This document shows positions 35,687-44,534 of a stretch of 64,000 nt of DNA, piece by piece. Made by a program: the position numbers and the translations under genes. A model generated the notes under the pieces. It saw only the letters and a program-made list of their open reading frames with translations. It did not search any database and was not told the DNA's origin. The stretch is from Clostridia bacterium (lineage in GTDB: Bacteria; Bacillota; Clostridia; Christensenellales; DTU072): contig JAZRZM010000049.1 of assembly GCA_045601385.1 (NCBI GenBank), forward strand, positions 5,874 through 69,873, in the 5' to 3' direction. Each line of letters starts with the position of its first letter. Position 1 is the stretch's first letter.

Positions 35687-36373
35687 GTGGTAATAGCCGG
35701 TTTGCAAAAAATGACGTTGCTGGATTTCCCGGAGCGCGTCGCATGCACGGTTTTCACACCCGGATGCAATTTTCGTTGCCCGTTTTGCCATAACGCGAGC
35801 CTCGTGGACGTGAAAGAAATCGAAAAGACGGACGAAGAAGTCTTTTTTGCCTATCTTGCGAAGAGAAAAGGCGTCCTCGACGGCGTGGCGATTACGGGCG
35901 GAGAACCGACTTTGCAACCCGACCTGATTCCTTTTATAAGAAAGATAAAGGACGCGGGGCTTGCCGTCAAACTCGATACCAACGGTTCGCGTCCCGACGT
36001 CGTCAAGGCGATCGCCGCGGAAGGGCTGGTTGACTACTATGCGATGGACATCAAAAATTCGCCCGAAAAGTACGCTTTGACGGCAGGATGCGACGTCGAT
36101 ATGAAAAGCGTCAACGAAAGCATAGACTTTTTCCTCGGCTCGGACGTTTCGTACGAATTCAGGACGACCGTGGTGAAAGGGTTTCACGAGGAAGCCGATT
36201 TTACGGCGATCGGCAAACGGATCGCCGGAGCCAAACGGTACTTCTTGCAGAAGTTTACCGACAGCGGAGATATCCTGGGGCATACGGGAAGCGCCTTTTC
36301 GGATGAAGAAATGCGCGCTTTTGCGGAAATCGTGCGTCCCTATGTCCCGAGCGTGCAGACGAGAGGGATTTGA
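35687..36373 (+). CDS. nrdG: anaerobic ribonucleoside-triphosphate reductase activating protein (radical SAM)
   Basis: GTG start 7 nt after GGGGAGG. LLDFPERVACTVFTPGCNFRCPFCHN (CxxxCxxC). GVAITGGEPTLQPDL. Confidence 0.88.
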   Translation: MVIAGLQKMTLLDFPERVACTVFTPGCNFRCPFCHNASLVDVKEIEKTDEEVFFAYLAKRKGVLDGVAITGGEPTLQPDLIPFIRKIKDAGLAVKLDTNGSRPDVVKAIAAEGLVDYYAMDIKNSPEKYALTAGCDVDMKSVNESIDFFLGSDVSYEFRTTVVKGFHEEADFTAIGKRIAGAKRYFLQKFTDSGDILGHTGSAFSDEEMRAFAEIVRPYVPSVQTRGI

Positions 36374-36440
36374 ACGCGGCTTTTTTACATAACGAAATAA
36401 AACGGAAAAAAAGAAATAAGGAAAGTTTTGGAGGAAAGAA

Positions 36441-38822
36441 ATGTATCAGGTAATAAAAAGAGACGGTAAAGTCGTAGAATTCGACATTGCAAAAATCGCC
36501 GCGGCGATTCAGTCGGCGTTTAACGGACAGAATAAGCAGACGCATCCGTCGGTCATCGATTTTCTTGCGCTTCGCGTTACAAGCGACTTCGAAAGCAAGA
36601 TAAAAGACGGCAAAATCGCCGTTGAAGACATACAGGACAGCGTCGAGTCCGTGCTTGTTCAGGCAGGCTATGCCGACGTGGCAAAAGCCTATATTCTGTA
36701 TCGTAAGCAACGGGAAAAGGTCCGTAACGTCAAAGCGAACATCCTTAACTACAAAGAACTCGTCGACAGTTACGTCAAGGTATCCGACTGGCGCGTGAAG
36801 GAAAACAGCACCGTCACTTATTCGGTCGGCGGCTTGATTCTTTCCAACTCCGGAGCCATCACCGCGAACTATTGGCTCAGCGAAATTTACGACGAAGAAA
36901 TCGCGGCGGCGCACAGAAACGCCGATATCCACTTGCACGACCTGAGTATGTTGACCGGGTATTGCGCCGGTTGGTCGCTCAAACAGCTTATCAAAGAAGG
37001 TCTCGGCGGCGTCACGGGCAAAATCACGTCCGCACCGGCAAAACATCTTTCCACCCTTTGCAATCAAATGGTCAACTTCCTCGGCATTATGCAAAACGAA
37101 TGGGCGGGCGCGCAAGCCTTCTCTTCGTTCGATACCTATCTTGCGCCTTTTGTAAAAATCGATAATCTTTCCTATTCCGAAGTCAAGCAGTGCGTCGAGA
37201 GTTTTATCTACGGCGTCAATACCCCGTCGAGATGGGGCACGCAAGCGCCTTTCTCCAATATAACACTCGACTGGACCGTCCCGAACGACCTTGCCGAACT
37301 GCCCGCGATCGTCGGCGGTAAAGAAATGGATTTTTGCTATAAAGATTGCAAAAAAGAAATGGACATGGTCAATAAGGCGTTTATCGAAATCATGATCGAA
37401 GGGGACGCCAACGGGCGCGGTTTCCAATATCCCATTCCGACTTATTCCATCACGCGCGACTTCGACTGGTCGGAGACCGAAAACAACCGCCTCTTGTTCG
37501 AGATGACGGCAAAATACGGCACGCCTTATTTCAGTAACTATATCAACAGCGATATGCAGCCGAGCGACGTCCGCAGTATGTGCTGTCGTCTCCGTCTCGA
37601 TTTGAGAGAACTTCGCAAAAAATCGGGCGGTTTCTTCGGAAGCGGCGAAAGCACGGGGAGCGTGGGCGTCGTCACGATCAATATGCCCCGTATCGCCTAC
37701 CTTGCCAAGGACGAAGAAGACTTTATGGCGCGTCTTGACAAACTCATGGACATCAGCGCGCGCAGTCTGAAAATCAAGCGTACCGTTATCACCAAACTGC
37801 TCGACAGCGGTCTGTATCCTTATACGAAACGCTATCTCGGCACTTTCAATAACCATTTCTCGACCATCGGTCTTATCGGTATGAACGAAGCCGGACTCAA
37901 TGCGAAATGGATCGGCAAGGATATGACGCACGTCGAAACGCAGGAGTTTACCAAACGCGTCCTCAATCATATGCGCGAGAGACTGAGCGATTATCAAGAA
38001 AAATACGGCGACTTGTACAACCTCGAAGCCACGCCTGCCGAATCGACGACGTATCGTCTCGCCAAGCACGACAAAGAGCGTTATCCCGATATCGTCACCG
38101 CGGCGAAAAACGACGGCGTACCGTATTATACCAATTCGTCACACCTCCCCGTCGGCTACACCGACGATATCTTCGAGGCGCTTGACATTCAGGACGAATT
38201 GCAGACGCTGTACACCTCCGGTACCGTTTTCCACGCTTTCATCGGCGAAAAAATGCCCACCTGGAAGAGCGCGGCGGATCTCGTGAGAAAAATCGCGCAG
38301 AATTACAAACTGCCTTACTATACCCTTTCCCCGACCTATTCCGTATGCAAAAACCACGGCTATATCGCGGGCGAAAAGTATACCTGCCCCGAGTGCGGCG
38401 AAACGACCGAAGTATACAGCCGTATCACCGGATATTATCGTCCCGTGCAGAACTGGAACGACGGCAAACGTCAGGAATACGCCGACCGTCTCGAATACAA
38501 TATCGCCACGAGCAAACTGAATAAAAACGAACGCGTGAAAAAAGAAGACGTATGCGCTTGCGACGACGCGGCTCCGTGCCAAAGCGGCGAGGCGGAACGT
38601 ATTCTTGTCGCTTCCAAGACTTGCCCGAATTGCAAACTTGCGGCGTCCGAACTTGACAAAGCGGGTATCCAATATAAGAAAATCTACGCGGAAGACGAAC
38701 CGCAGACCGTAAAGGACTTCGGCGTGCTTTCCGCTCCGACGCTCGTTATTTTACAAAATAACAAAATCGAAAAGATCGAGAACGTCAGCAACATTATCAA
38801 ATATATCCGCACCGGTAAATAA
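36441..38822 (+). CDS. nrdD: anaerobic (class III) ribonucleoside-triphosphate reductase with C-terminal thioredoxin-fold extension
   Basis: N-terminal ATP-cone (MYQVIKRDGKVVEFDIAKI), Zn site C..H...CPEC, and glycyl-radical motif YSRITGYYRPVQNW. After the normal C-terminus there are a further 107 aa (38499-38819) containing CPNC and a Trx/Grx-like beta-alpha pattern. Confidence 0.9.
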   Translation: MYQVIKRDGKVVEFDIAKIAAAIQSAFNGQNKQTHPSVIDFLALRVTSDFESKIKDGKIAVEDIQDSVESVLVQAGYADVAKAYILYRKQREKVRNVKANILNYKELVDSYVKVSDWRVKENSTVTYSVGGLILSNSGAITANYWLSEIYDEEIAAAHRNADIHLHDLSMLTGYCAGWSLKQLIKEGLGGVTGKITSAPAKHLSTLCNQMVNFLGIMQNEWAGAQAFSSFDTYLAPFVKIDNLSYSEVKQCVESFIYGVNTPSRWGTQAPFSNITLDWTVPNDLAELPAIVGGKEMDFCYKDCKKEMDMVNKAFIEIMIEGDANGRGFQYPIPTYSITRDFDWSETENNRLLFEMTAKYGTPYFSNYINSDMQPSDVRSMCCRLRLDLRELRKKSGGFFGSGESTGSVGVVTINMPRIAYLAKDEEDFMARLDKLMDISARSLKIKRTVITKLLDSGLYPYTKRYLGTFNNHFSTIGLIGMNEAGLNAKWIGKDMTHVETQEFTKRVLNHMRERLSDYQEKYGDLYNLEATPAESTTYRLAKHDKERYPDIVTAAKNDGVPYYTNSSHLPVGYTDDIFEALDIQDELQTLYTSGTVFHAFIGEKMPTWKSAADLVRKIAQNYKLPYYTLSPTYSVCKNHGYIAGEKYTCPECGETTEVYSRITGYYRPVQNWNDGKRQEYADRLEYNIATSKLNKNERVKKEDVCACDDAAPCQSGEAERILVASKTCPNCKLAASELDKAGIQYKKIYAEDEPQTVKDFGVLSAPTLVILQNNKIEKIENVSNIIKYIRTGK

Positions 38823-38827
38823 GACCT

Positions 38828-39748
38828 ATGACAAGAGATGTTATTGTAATCGGAGCCGGCGTCGCCGGAATGACCGCCGCGCTGTACGCCCTCCGCAACG
38901 GGAAAAGCGTCCTCGTGCTGGAAAAGGAATCGATCGGCGGACAGATAGCCACGTCCCCCCGCGTCGAGAACTTCCCCACCTTGCAGTCGATTGCCGGGAG
39001 CGAACTGTCCGACAAACTGTACGACCAAATCATGTCCCACGGCGCCGAGTTTGAGTTTGGCGGCGTGACCGAAGTAAGGAAGAACGGCGAAGGCGACTTT
39101 TCCGTCGTGACCGAGTACGGAGACGAGTTTTCCGCGCGTTCCGTCATTATCGCTTCGGGTGTGCATCATAAAAAAATACGTCTGCCGCGCGAAGACGAAC
39201 TGGTCGGCAAAGGTATATCCTACTGCGCCGTTTGCGACGGGGCGTTTTATAAAGGAAAAGACGTCGCTCTGATCGGCGACGGCAATACCGCCTTGCAGTA
39301 TTCTTTGCTCCTCAGTAATTATTGCAACAAAGTCTACGTTTGCACTTGGTTTGACAAGTTTTTCGGCGACGCGTCTTTGGTAAAGGCTCTGCGCGCTCGG
39401 GAGAACGTCACCGTTATTCCCGACTGCTGTTTGTCCGCTTTCGTGGCGGATGACCGTCTGACGGGACTTGATTTTAAGTACCGCGAGAAAGAGGGCGGTT
39501 TCCGTCTCGACGTGGAAGGTTGTTTTATCGCTATCGGACAGGTGCCGGATAACAAGCCGTTTGAAAACCTGACCGACCTTGACAAAGACGGCTATATTGT
39601 CGCCGACGAGTCTTGCCGTACCCGTACCGACGGTTTGTTCGTCGCGGGCGACTGCCGTACGAAAAAAGTCCGTCAGTGTACCACCGCCGCCGCCGACGGC
39701 GCATGCGCCGCCGTCGCCGCGGCAAGTTATATCGACGCGTTATTATAA
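38828..39748 (+). CDS. trxB: thioredoxin-disulfide reductase family flavoprotein
   Basis: FAD motif VIVIGAGVAGMTAA, redox-active CAVC (YCAVCDGAFY), second dinucleotide motif LIGDGNTALQ, and C-terminal GLFVAGDC. Starts 5 nt after the nrdD stop. Confidence 0.85.
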   Translation: MTRDVIVIGAGVAGMTAALYALRNGKSVLVLEKESIGGQIATSPRVENFPTLQSIAGSELSDKLYDQIMSHGAEFEFGGVTEVRKNGEGDFSVVTEYGDEFSARSVIIASGVHHKKIRLPREDELVGKGISYCAVCDGAFYKGKDVALIGDGNTALQYSLLLSNYCNKVYVCTWFDKFFGDASLVKALRARENVTVIPDCCLSAFVADDRLTGLDFKYREKEGGFRLDVEGCFIAIGQVPDNKPFENLTDLDKDGYIVADESCRTRTDGLFVAGDCRTKKVRQCTTAAADGACAAVAAASYIDALL

Positions 39749-39763
39749 AATCCGTTATCGTAT

Positions 39764-39807
39764 AAAAAAACAGCCTCCGTCAAAAAAACGGGGGCTGTTT
39801 TTGTTTT
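39764..39807. terminator. bidirectional rho-independent terminator (trxB / convergent methyltransferase)
   Basis: A-run, stem CAGCCTCCG (39771-39779) / CGGGGGCTG (39789-39797, one G-U), then a T-run. Confidence 0.8.
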
Positions 39808-39818
39808 GAATATAAACT

Positions 39819-40682
39819 TTACTTGCCAAAAGAAGCGAACGCACTGCAACCGCACGGAAGAACGAGCCCGTCTTCGCACGGCAAACCGATTTCGTCCGCG
39901 TCGGTAACGTGCGGCGTATCGCGGAATACGATATCGAGGATGTTTTTCATAACGGTCGGTTGAAGTCCCGTCGTGTAAGAATTGATTAAAAAGAATAAAG
40001 GGGTATCCGAAACGACTTGTTTGGTTAGCGAAACGAGGTCAAATATCTTTTCTTCCAGCTTCCACATTTCACCTTTCGGACCTCTGCCGTACGCAGGGGG
40101 ATCCATCAGAACCGCGTCGTAAAACTTGCCGCGGCGCATTTCCCGTTCGACGAATTTTACGCAGTCGTCTACGATAAATCGGGCGTTTGTCAAGTCGGCG
40201 GAAGAGAGTTCGGCGTTTCTCTTTGCCATTTCGCACATGGCTTTTGCGGCGTCTACGTGGCACACGCTCGCACCGGCTTTCAGGCAGGCGACCGTCGCAC
40301 CGCCGGTGTAGCCGAAGAGGTTGAGGACGCGTATGGGGCGGTCGGCTTTCTTGATGAGGTCGGTCATTCGCGCCCAGTTGACGGCTTGCTCGGGGAAAAT
40401 ACCGATGTGCTTGAAGTTCATCAGTCGGAGTTCAAAAGTAAGATCGCGCCAGTGGACGAGAAAATTATCTTTGACGGGAACGAATTTTTGCCATTCGCCG
40501 CCCCCTTTACTGCTCCTTTTATAAACCGCGCTCAGTTCGCGATAGTGTTCCATATCGCAGGCAGGCTTCCAAATAACCTGCGGATCGGGACGTAAAAAGG
40601 TATACCCGGCGATTTTTTCGAGTTTTTGTCCGTCTCCCGTCGTAATCAGTTTGTAGTCTTTCCATTCTTCGTTGATTTTCAT
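39819..40682 (-). CDS. class I SAM-dependent methyltransferase (RlmI/RlmK-like core)
   Basis: SAM motif VLNLFGYTGGATVA and the DPPAYGRGPKGE motif (DPPxF/Y-type). The start overlaps the upstream gene's stop (ATGA). Confidence 0.75.
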   Translation of the reverse strand: MKINEEWKDYKLITTGDGQKLEKIAGYTFLRPDPQVIWKPACDMEHYRELSAVYKRSSKGGGEWQKFVPVKDNFLVHWRDLTFELRLMNFKHIGIFPEQAVNWARMTDLIKKADRPIRVLNLFGYTGGATVACLKAGASVCHVDAAKAMCEMAKRNAELSSADLTNARFIVDDCVKFVEREMRRGKFYDAVLMDPPAYGRGPKGEMWKLEEKIFDLVSLTKQVVSDTPLFFLINSYTTGLQPTVMKNILDIVFRDTPHVTDADEIGLPCEDGLVLPCGCSAFASFGK

Positions 40683-43306
40683 GTTCCGATCACCTTTTTC
40701 TCTATTTCCGTTTTTATTTTTTCCCAGTCGGGATATTTGATTTTTTCCAAACGCAAAACCATTCGGTTTGCCGCGACGTAATCGCCGTTTGCCATCAGGT
40801 CTTTGATAAGCGCAAGGATGATAAGACCGATTTCCCGTTGTATTTTATCTCTCTTTTCGATAAAGAAAGGCAAATCGGAGTCGGCGATAAATCCTTCTTC
40901 GCATAAGCCGAACAGACGGTCGATTTCGAGTATTCTTTTTTTCAAATCGGTCGTCGGACTGTCGATGTATCTTCGATAAACGTCCAGGTCGCTCTCCGCT
41001 CTTTTTGCGGTCAGTTTGTACTTGCCCGACAGGTAGGAAAAGTCGAATTCGATATCGTATTGGGCGAGCGTCTTGCGAATCAGATTGTTGCTTGTTTTCA
41101 GATTGTTTACGGCGGAATTGTATTCGTATTCTTTCCAGACAAGAAAAAGCAGTCGATTGCGGTCGATGCCTTCGGGGAAAAGTTGATACAACAAAAACAA
41201 TTCTTTACAGCGTTTTGTTTTCCAATGAATTTCTTTTTTCCCGGCAAGAACGGTCGAGTTTCCGAAAAAGCGGATATAAAGCGGTTCCGTGCCCGCTCCT
41301 TTTTCCGTTTTGTTTTGAATCGTCGCCCGCAAGCGAGCGGTATATTCCGACATGATTTTTTTCTCTTCGGCGGTGGCAAGTATGGTGAGAAAACAACGTG
41401 GGAATATCGCGATAAGGTTTCCGTACCCGTTGTTTTGGGCAGCCAAAAGAATATTATTTACCCGTTCGAGCGTTGTTTCCGACTTATCTTCTTCAAGGGT
41501 TCGGGACAGACTAATCCCTTCGGATAAGAAAGAAAATACGTTCGGACTATTTTGAAACGGTTCTTGCGCCGAAGCGTACGCCGTCGCTTCCGTTTTCTTT
41601 CCTTCAAGCCAGCGGCAAAAAGAGAGTGAAGAGCGCAGCAAAGGCAGAACGGGAGCGTAGTTTATCTTGCAACGTTCGATGTAAAAGCAGATGATGTTTT
41701 CGGCGTATTCGTACCAGCCGATTTCGGCGGCGAGTAAGGAGTGAAGTGCCGCTCTGAAAGCCTGCGTCGGCAGGTTTTCGCAGTCCGATACCGAAAAGGG
41801 CGGCAGAGTTTTTTCGGCGCGTTTTTTTTGCCCATGGCATAGGTCGGTAAGGACGGAAAAGACCTTTTCGGCGTTTGGTTCGCATAAGGGGAGCGCGTCG
41901 CTTTCCTCGGTATTTTGCGTCAAAAAGGGATTGCCGAGTAGGTATTCCCATATTCTTATTTCCGAAAAACGGAAGAAAGGGAAAGCGGCGCGCAGCGTTT
42001 TGAGGTAGGCGGAGCCGAGGTCGTATCGACCGAGAATGGACGCCACGTCCGCCGCCGCTAAAATAAGGTCGAGATAGTGCGGGTTCGACGCGATGTCTTT
42101 ACGCGTCAGCGCCTCTTTGCACCTTTCAAAAAAAGGCGTTTTTTTGGCGAGTTCGAACCGTTCGAGGTAGTTGAGACATGCGTTCAGTTCGGCATATTGC
42201 AAAAAATCGTCGTCGTTGCAAGTGTTTATTTCCAAGCAAAATTCGTCCAGCGTGTGCGCTTTTTGGGAAGATAACTGCCGATAATAGTATATTTTTTTCA
42301 GCGGAGCGGGATAGTCGGATAATGCCGCCGACCGTTCTTTTCCCCATTTCAACAGGGCAAGAATCGGTTTGAGAGAGTCGTTTTCCTCCGGATAGGGTAA
42401 GAGGAGGAGCGTTTCGATTATAAAGGGCATTTTTGCCGTTTGCAATAAAACCTCCGCCGCTTTTTCGACGTAGTTTGCGCGCGTCAGACACAGGGCGTGG
42501 TAAAAGCATTTTTCCGCGTCTCCTTTTTGCAAGCAGTACGCAAGATACTTGTCGTATATCTCTTCGTCCGTTTCGTCCCCGTCCCACTCTGAAAATGCGT
42601 CGTGAAATTCGGGTGCGAAACGAAAAACGTTGCCCGTTCGGAGCATGGCGAAACGATAATTTTTCGCGATGTGACTCAATAAATCCAAAGCGCCGTCATA
42701 AAGCGTGTTGACGAATTCTCCGTCAACGTAGGCGCAACGGGAAATGCGACTTAAAAACCGTTTTTCTTCTTCGCTTAAACCGCTTTGCAAAGTCTCCGCG
42801 TCAAAAGAAAGGGGGGGATCCTGTTCGCAGGAAAGAACCCTCGGAAACATTTTTGCCGGAAGCGCGGAAGCAAAATCGGGACAAACTTCGCTCGAAAAAA
42901 CGATACGGACCGTTTCCGGACAGGAAAGCATCAATAAAAACAGAACGTCTCTGTCGTCCGAATGCAGATTGTCGAGACCGCATATAAAGACAAGAGAACC
43001 GCTTTTAAGGTTCCCGATTATTTCGTTTACGATTACCGGACGGTATTTTTCCCGATTTTTCCGATAGAGCGAAATCAATTCGTTGCGGACGTTTTCTTTC
43101 AGTACGTTTTTATATAAAGATACCGCAAGTCCCTCGACTTCCCATTGCATATTGCAGATAATGCACGAGCCGAAATTGTTTATAAGATCGGGCAGAAAGT
43201 CAAGCGCGGACGGCTTTGTCGGACAAACAAGCAGGACGGACGACTTTGCGGACAAAATCCCGTTTATGATTTTATTGTTTCGCTCTTTCCGCGCTTGAAT
43301 ATCCAT
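40679..43306 (-). CDS. large SARP/BTAD-type transcriptional regulator (helical-repeat middle, C-terminal winged helix + BTAD)
   Basis: C-terminal OmpR/SARP-like wHTH: IRFFGNSTVLAGKKEIHWKTKRCKELFLLYQLFPEGIDRNRLLFLVWKE...NNLKTSNNLIRKTL. A BTAD-like helical domain follows. No Walker A was seen in the N-terminal region. The start is uncertain (M at 43306 preferred; 43324 or 43426 possible). Confidence 0.6.
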   Translation of the reverse strand: MDIQARKERNNKIINGILSAKSSVLLVCPTKPSALDFLPDLINNFGSCIICNMQWEVEGLAVSLYKNVLKENVRNELISLYRKNREKYRPVIVNEIIGNLKSGSLVFICGLDNLHSDDRDVLFLLMLSCPETVRIVFSSEVCPDFASALPAKMFPRVLSCEQDPPLSFDAETLQSGLSEEEKRFLSRISRCAYVDGEFVNTLYDGALDLLSHIAKNYRFAMLRTGNVFRFAPEFHDAFSEWDGDETDEEIYDKYLAYCLQKGDAEKCFYHALCLTRANYVEKAAEVLLQTAKMPFIIETLLLLPYPEENDSLKPILALLKWGKERSAALSDYPAPLKKIYYYRQLSSQKAHTLDEFCLEINTCNDDDFLQYAELNACLNYLERFELAKKTPFFERCKEALTRKDIASNPHYLDLILAAADVASILGRYDLGSAYLKTLRAAFPFFRFSEIRIWEYLLGNPFLTQNTEESDALPLCEPNAEKVFSVLTDLCHGQKKRAEKTLPPFSVSDCENLPTQAFRAALHSLLAAEIGWYEYAENIICFYIERCKINYAPVLPLLRSSLSFCRWLEGKKTEATAYASAQEPFQNSPNVFSFLSEGISLSRTLEEDKSETTLERVNNILLAAQNNGYGNLIAIFPRCFLTILATAEEKKIMSEYTARLRATIQNKTEKGAGTEPLYIRFFGNSTVLAGKKEIHWKTKRCKELFLLYQLFPEGIDRNRLLFLVWKEYEYNSAVNNLKTSNNLIRKTLAQYDIEFDFSYLSGKYKLTAKRAESDLDVYRRYIDSPTTDLKKRILEIDRLFGLCEEGFIADSDLPFFIEKRDKIQREIGLIILALIKDLMANGDYVAANRMVLRLEKIKYPDWEKIKTEIEKKVIGT

Positions 43307-43349
43307 GACAATATGGTAAAACATCGGTAAAATTTTGTCAATGATTCGG

Positions 43350-43493
43350 TTGACTTTTTTGTAAAAAACGTTATAATAAAAATAAAGACACGAAGTCTTA
43401 CGAGGCGGATTCGAAGACCGCCGCAAACAAAGTCCGAAGGCGTATTGTTTCCCGAATAGCGGAGAGCAATGCGCTTTTTTTTACGGGGTAAAA
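43350..43493 (+). promoter_or_regulatory. promoter plus ~110-nt structured leader upstream of the ABC importer
   Basis: TTGACT (43350-43355), 16-nt spacer, TATAAT (43372-43377). The leader contains several mutually exclusive short stems and a hairpin plus T8 run (about 43459-43483) just before the RBS and ATG 43494. Confidence 0.4.
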
Positions 43494-44534
43494 ATGATTG
43501 AGCGTTACAAAAATAGGATAGGTGTGAAAGTGGGCGTCACGGCTTGTATGGCGACGCTTGTAATGATTGCTTTTGTGTGCGCGACGTTCCTTGGTGGAAC
43601 GGATATACCCTTTTCGGCCGCCGTAAAAGGTTTGTTCGGAGTCGGCGAAAAGTCCGTTGTGCTGATTATGCGTAACGTTCGGTTGCCGCGCGCGATTTGC
43701 GCTCTTCTCGTTGGGTTTTCGCTTGCGCTTTCGGGGTGTCTTATGCAGACTTTTTTGCATAATCCCATGGCTTCTCCCTCGACGATGGGGGTGTCGAACG
43801 CCGCCGTGCTGGGTGCTTCGCTTTTTATCGTCGCTTTTGGCGGCAGGATAAAAAGCGGCTTTTTGCAGGCGGCTTCGACGGGGCTTTTTGCCTTTTTGTT
43901 CGCCGCGTTATCGGTTGTGCTGATCCTTTTGTTTTCGGCAGGGAAAAAACGTTCGGCGGAGACGATCGTTTTGTGCGGCGTTGCGCTCGGCGCGTTTTTT
44001 TCGGCAGGCAGCACCGTTTTGCAATATTTTGCCGAGGATACCGAAGTGAGCGCGATCGTTTTTTGGACGATGGGCGATCTGTCGGCGGCGGACGGGAGCG
44101 ATCTTATCGCCGTCGGCAGTTTGTGCGCTCTGTCCTTGGTTGTTTTTTCGGTTCTTTCGGGCAGACTGAACGCGATGGCAATGGGAGAAGAAACGGCTGA
44201 AAGTCTGGGTATAAACGTGCCGCTATTTCGCTTTTTGGGCTTGCTGTGCGCCTCTTTACTGTGCGCGGCATGCGTTTCCGTCGTGGGACTTATCGGCTTT
44301 GTCGGGCTGGTTTCGCCGCATATCGCCAAAAAAGCGGTCGGCGCCGATCATCGGTTTACTTTGCCCGTTTCGGGACTGACGGGCAGCCTTTTTATGCTTT
44401 GCGGCGATATTCTTTCGCGCGTGATCGCACCCGGTATCGTTCTTCCCGTCGGCGCGATTACCTCGGCTGTCGGCGCGCCTTTGTTTTTATGGCTTTTGTT
44501 GTCAAAAAGGAGGGGAAAATGGCGTTTGAAGTAA
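43494..44534 (+). CDS. FecCD-family ABC transporter permease (iron-siderophore/heme/B12 type)
   Basis: RLPRAICALLVGFSLALSGCLMQTFLHNPMASPSTMGVS is a typical FecCD block. About 9-10 TM segments. Confidence 0.85.
   Translation: MIERYKNRIGVKVGVTACMATLVMIAFVCATFLGGTDIPFSAAVKGLFGVGEKSVVLIMRNVRLPRAICALLVGFSLALSGCLMQTFLHNPMASPSTMGVSNAAVLGASLFIVAFGGRIKSGFLQAASTGLFAFLFAALSVVLILLFSAGKKRSAETIVLCGVALGAFFSAGSTVLQYFAEDTEVSAIVFWTMGDLSAADGSDLIAVGSLCALSLVVFSVLSGRLNAMAMGEETAESLGINVPLFRFLGLLCASLLCAACVSVVGLIGFVGLVSPHIAKKAVGADHRFTLPVSGLTGSLFMLCGDILSRVIAPGIVLPVGAITSAVGAPLFLWLLLSKRRGKWRLK

Noticed and set aside
40679-43426. STAND NTPase defence protein (Avs/AbiE-like) interpretation of the 915-aa ORF
   Set aside because: No Walker A or B motif and no nuclease or effector domain were found. 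The C-terminus is a SARP wHTH + BTAD, which points to a transcription regulator.
43384-43493. Cobalamin riboswitch upstream of the FecCD-type importer
   Set aside because: Only a weak B12-box-like GAAGACCGCC is present. The leader is ~110 nt and lacks the GGGAA / GGTG..AA.CC / GCCACTG blocks. It is kept only as an unclassified candidate leader.
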